Notes under the pieces: generated by a model
Database searches by the model: none
The model's input: only the letters and a program-made list of their open reading frames with translations
Told to the model about the DNA's origin: nothing
Assembly (NCBI RefSeq): GCF_021028975.2
Contig: NC_059436.1
Coordinates: 9,424,001 to 9,488,000, forward strand
DNA length: 64,000 nt
Reading direction: 5' to 3'
DNA from: Sphaerodactylus townsendi
Taxonomy: Eukaryota
Made by a program: the position numbers and the translations under genes
Shown here: one piece after another, positions 62,268 to 64,000 of the stretch
Layout: every line of letters starts with the position of its first letter
Position numbering within the stretch: position 1 is the stretch's first letter

Positions 62268-62383
62268 CCGTAGTGGCGAACCTTTGGCACTCCAGATGTT
62301 ATGGACTACAATTCCCATCAGGGCAGGGGCTGATGGGAATTGTAGTCCATAACATCTTGAGTGCCAAAGATTTGCCTCCACTG
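62268..62383. mobile_element. URR1-like palindromic hAT MITE with hAT1-type TIRs
   Basis: Exact 8-bp TSD ATCTAAGG (62260-62267, 62384-62391); ccgtagtggcgaacct / agatttgcctccactg. Confidence 0.88.
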
Positions 62384-64000
62384 ATCTAAGGTATGGTCCC
62401 AGTTTGCTTTTGTAGAATTTTAGAAGTCGATTTTGGAAGTTATTACCGTGTTAATGTCTACAAAGTAAGGGCTGTGTTTGTTGATCACACAAGTTTGTTT
62501 CACACAAGTCTTCAGCTTCATGGAGGATGGTACTTTTCCTACTTGGGTTAACAGCCCAGACATAAAATTTGTCTCTTGAGTGCTCATCCCACTATCAACC
62601 AATGGTAAAGGATAGCATACCGCAGGTTCCAGGAGTAAATGAAATTAGATAATTGTTTACAGTAAAATTAATAGCATTCTTATTTTTAATTGTAAATCTC
62701 TTTGAATGCAATGCTGAAATGTGGCATATATGATAGCACTATCCTACAGCAAGCATAAGCAATCTTTTTTTTGGCTTAAGTGCTAAAATAAGTCAGCAAC
62801 ATCTACCTGTGAAGATGTTGGTGTGCCAGCAAACAGAGGTGAGGGAGAACAGGATTATATTTCGCCAGATACAATGAATGTATATCCCATTAGGATTAAA
62901 GTTAGGGTGCTTTGAGAAAGCAAGGATAAAGCATCAGTGGTTTTACTAATAATTTTATTTGTACATTAGTCTTGAAAATCTTTTGAATTATCATATGTAT
63001 TGACCTCCAAAATTGTTTAGCCTTCCACAGGGCCCTCTCAATGTTCACATTTCCAACACTTATCTGAAACATTTTTATACATCTTTAGAACTTTTGCTGG
63101 TGTTATGTATCAACGACACATCATTTTTAAAAAATCTATTTCAAGTTAGAATTTAATGTATACTTAAGCCCCTTTGACCATATATTCTCCCACTGTTCAC
63201 ATGGGATATTATATGCACAATTAGTAGCCCATTTTATTATGCATTCTCTAACTTGTTTCCCTTCTGTTTCCAGTCTCAACAAAAGTTCGTACATCTTAGC
63301 AATAACACTGCATCATTTGTACATACGGTAATTCCCTTTCAAATTGCATTTTAGTCTTGGGGAAAGTGCCAAACCCTAAAAAACAATTGCATCTCAGTCT
63401 AACAACTTCCAACAGGTCAAGAAAAGGAGAGAGTGATCTGATAGGAATGGGTACTGTTAATAGGGACTCAGAATACAGGGAAACAGGGAGAATATTTTGT
63501 GAGCAGCACAAACTTGTGAATGAAAAGTGTTCCCCGCATCCAACAGTGCGATAAAAGAAGGCACTCACAGTCTGCAGTTCATGCCTCTATTATATCAATG
63601 GAGAAGGGTCAGGGGTGAGTCAAGAGGTCACTTTCCTTGCTCAGTCAAGACCCACAATAAAACTAAGGATGCTACAGTTGCTGGGGGAGATGCCATGTGT
63701 ACCCCACAGGAAAAGAAACAGTTGCCTCACCCTTTGAAAAGGAGGGCTAGAGCACACTCACGCATCCACCCTCTGTTCCTCCCTCGTTCATAAAATCCAC
63801 ATAAAGTATTGAACAACTGAGACGCAAATTTCATTCTGCTCCATGGTATCTCCCCACTCACGCTTCGTTCTTAATCCTTTTCATCTAGCTGCTCGTAACT
63901 TCTTGATCTTCAAATCAATTCCGTAAATAGCGGTTGAATATTTCATTATTTTCCTGCCTGGGTCTCTGCATTTTGATGGCCAAATCCACCAGCTTATCTC

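Overview
Vertebrate nuclear DNA, very probably a squamate and most likely a gecko (Squam3-like CORE-SINEs, 5S-Sauria-like SINEs, Penelope pLTR fragments, CR1/L2/RTE LINE fragments, many hAT MITEs). The window lies inside the 5' half of the TALE-homeobox gene PKNOX2 (PREP2) on the minus strand. It holds the first two coding exons (CDS 49353-49267 and 25915-25776, joined in frame across a 23,351-bp intron) and a probable upstream 5'UTR exon ending at 54267. I did not find the next coding exon (HPLFPLL...), so it probably lies left of position 1. The rest is intron: transposon remnants, candidate conserved non-coding enhancers and two assembly gaps. Almost all ORFs in the supplied track look spurious. 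Most interesting observations: (1) three short fold-back Penelope-type insertions, each with a 12-13 bp target-site duplication, one carrying a nearly intact minimal hammerhead ribozyme and two stacked MITEs; (2) a 4.4-kb composite hAT element with an exact 8-bp TSD, a transposase C-terminal remnant and about 4 kb of mosaic cargo; (3) a chain of overlapping uORFs plus an AUG-UGA start-stop element just upstream of the PKNOX2 start. None is proven novel. Repeat family names come from recall of consensus motifs, not database searches, and boundaries without a TSD are approximate.
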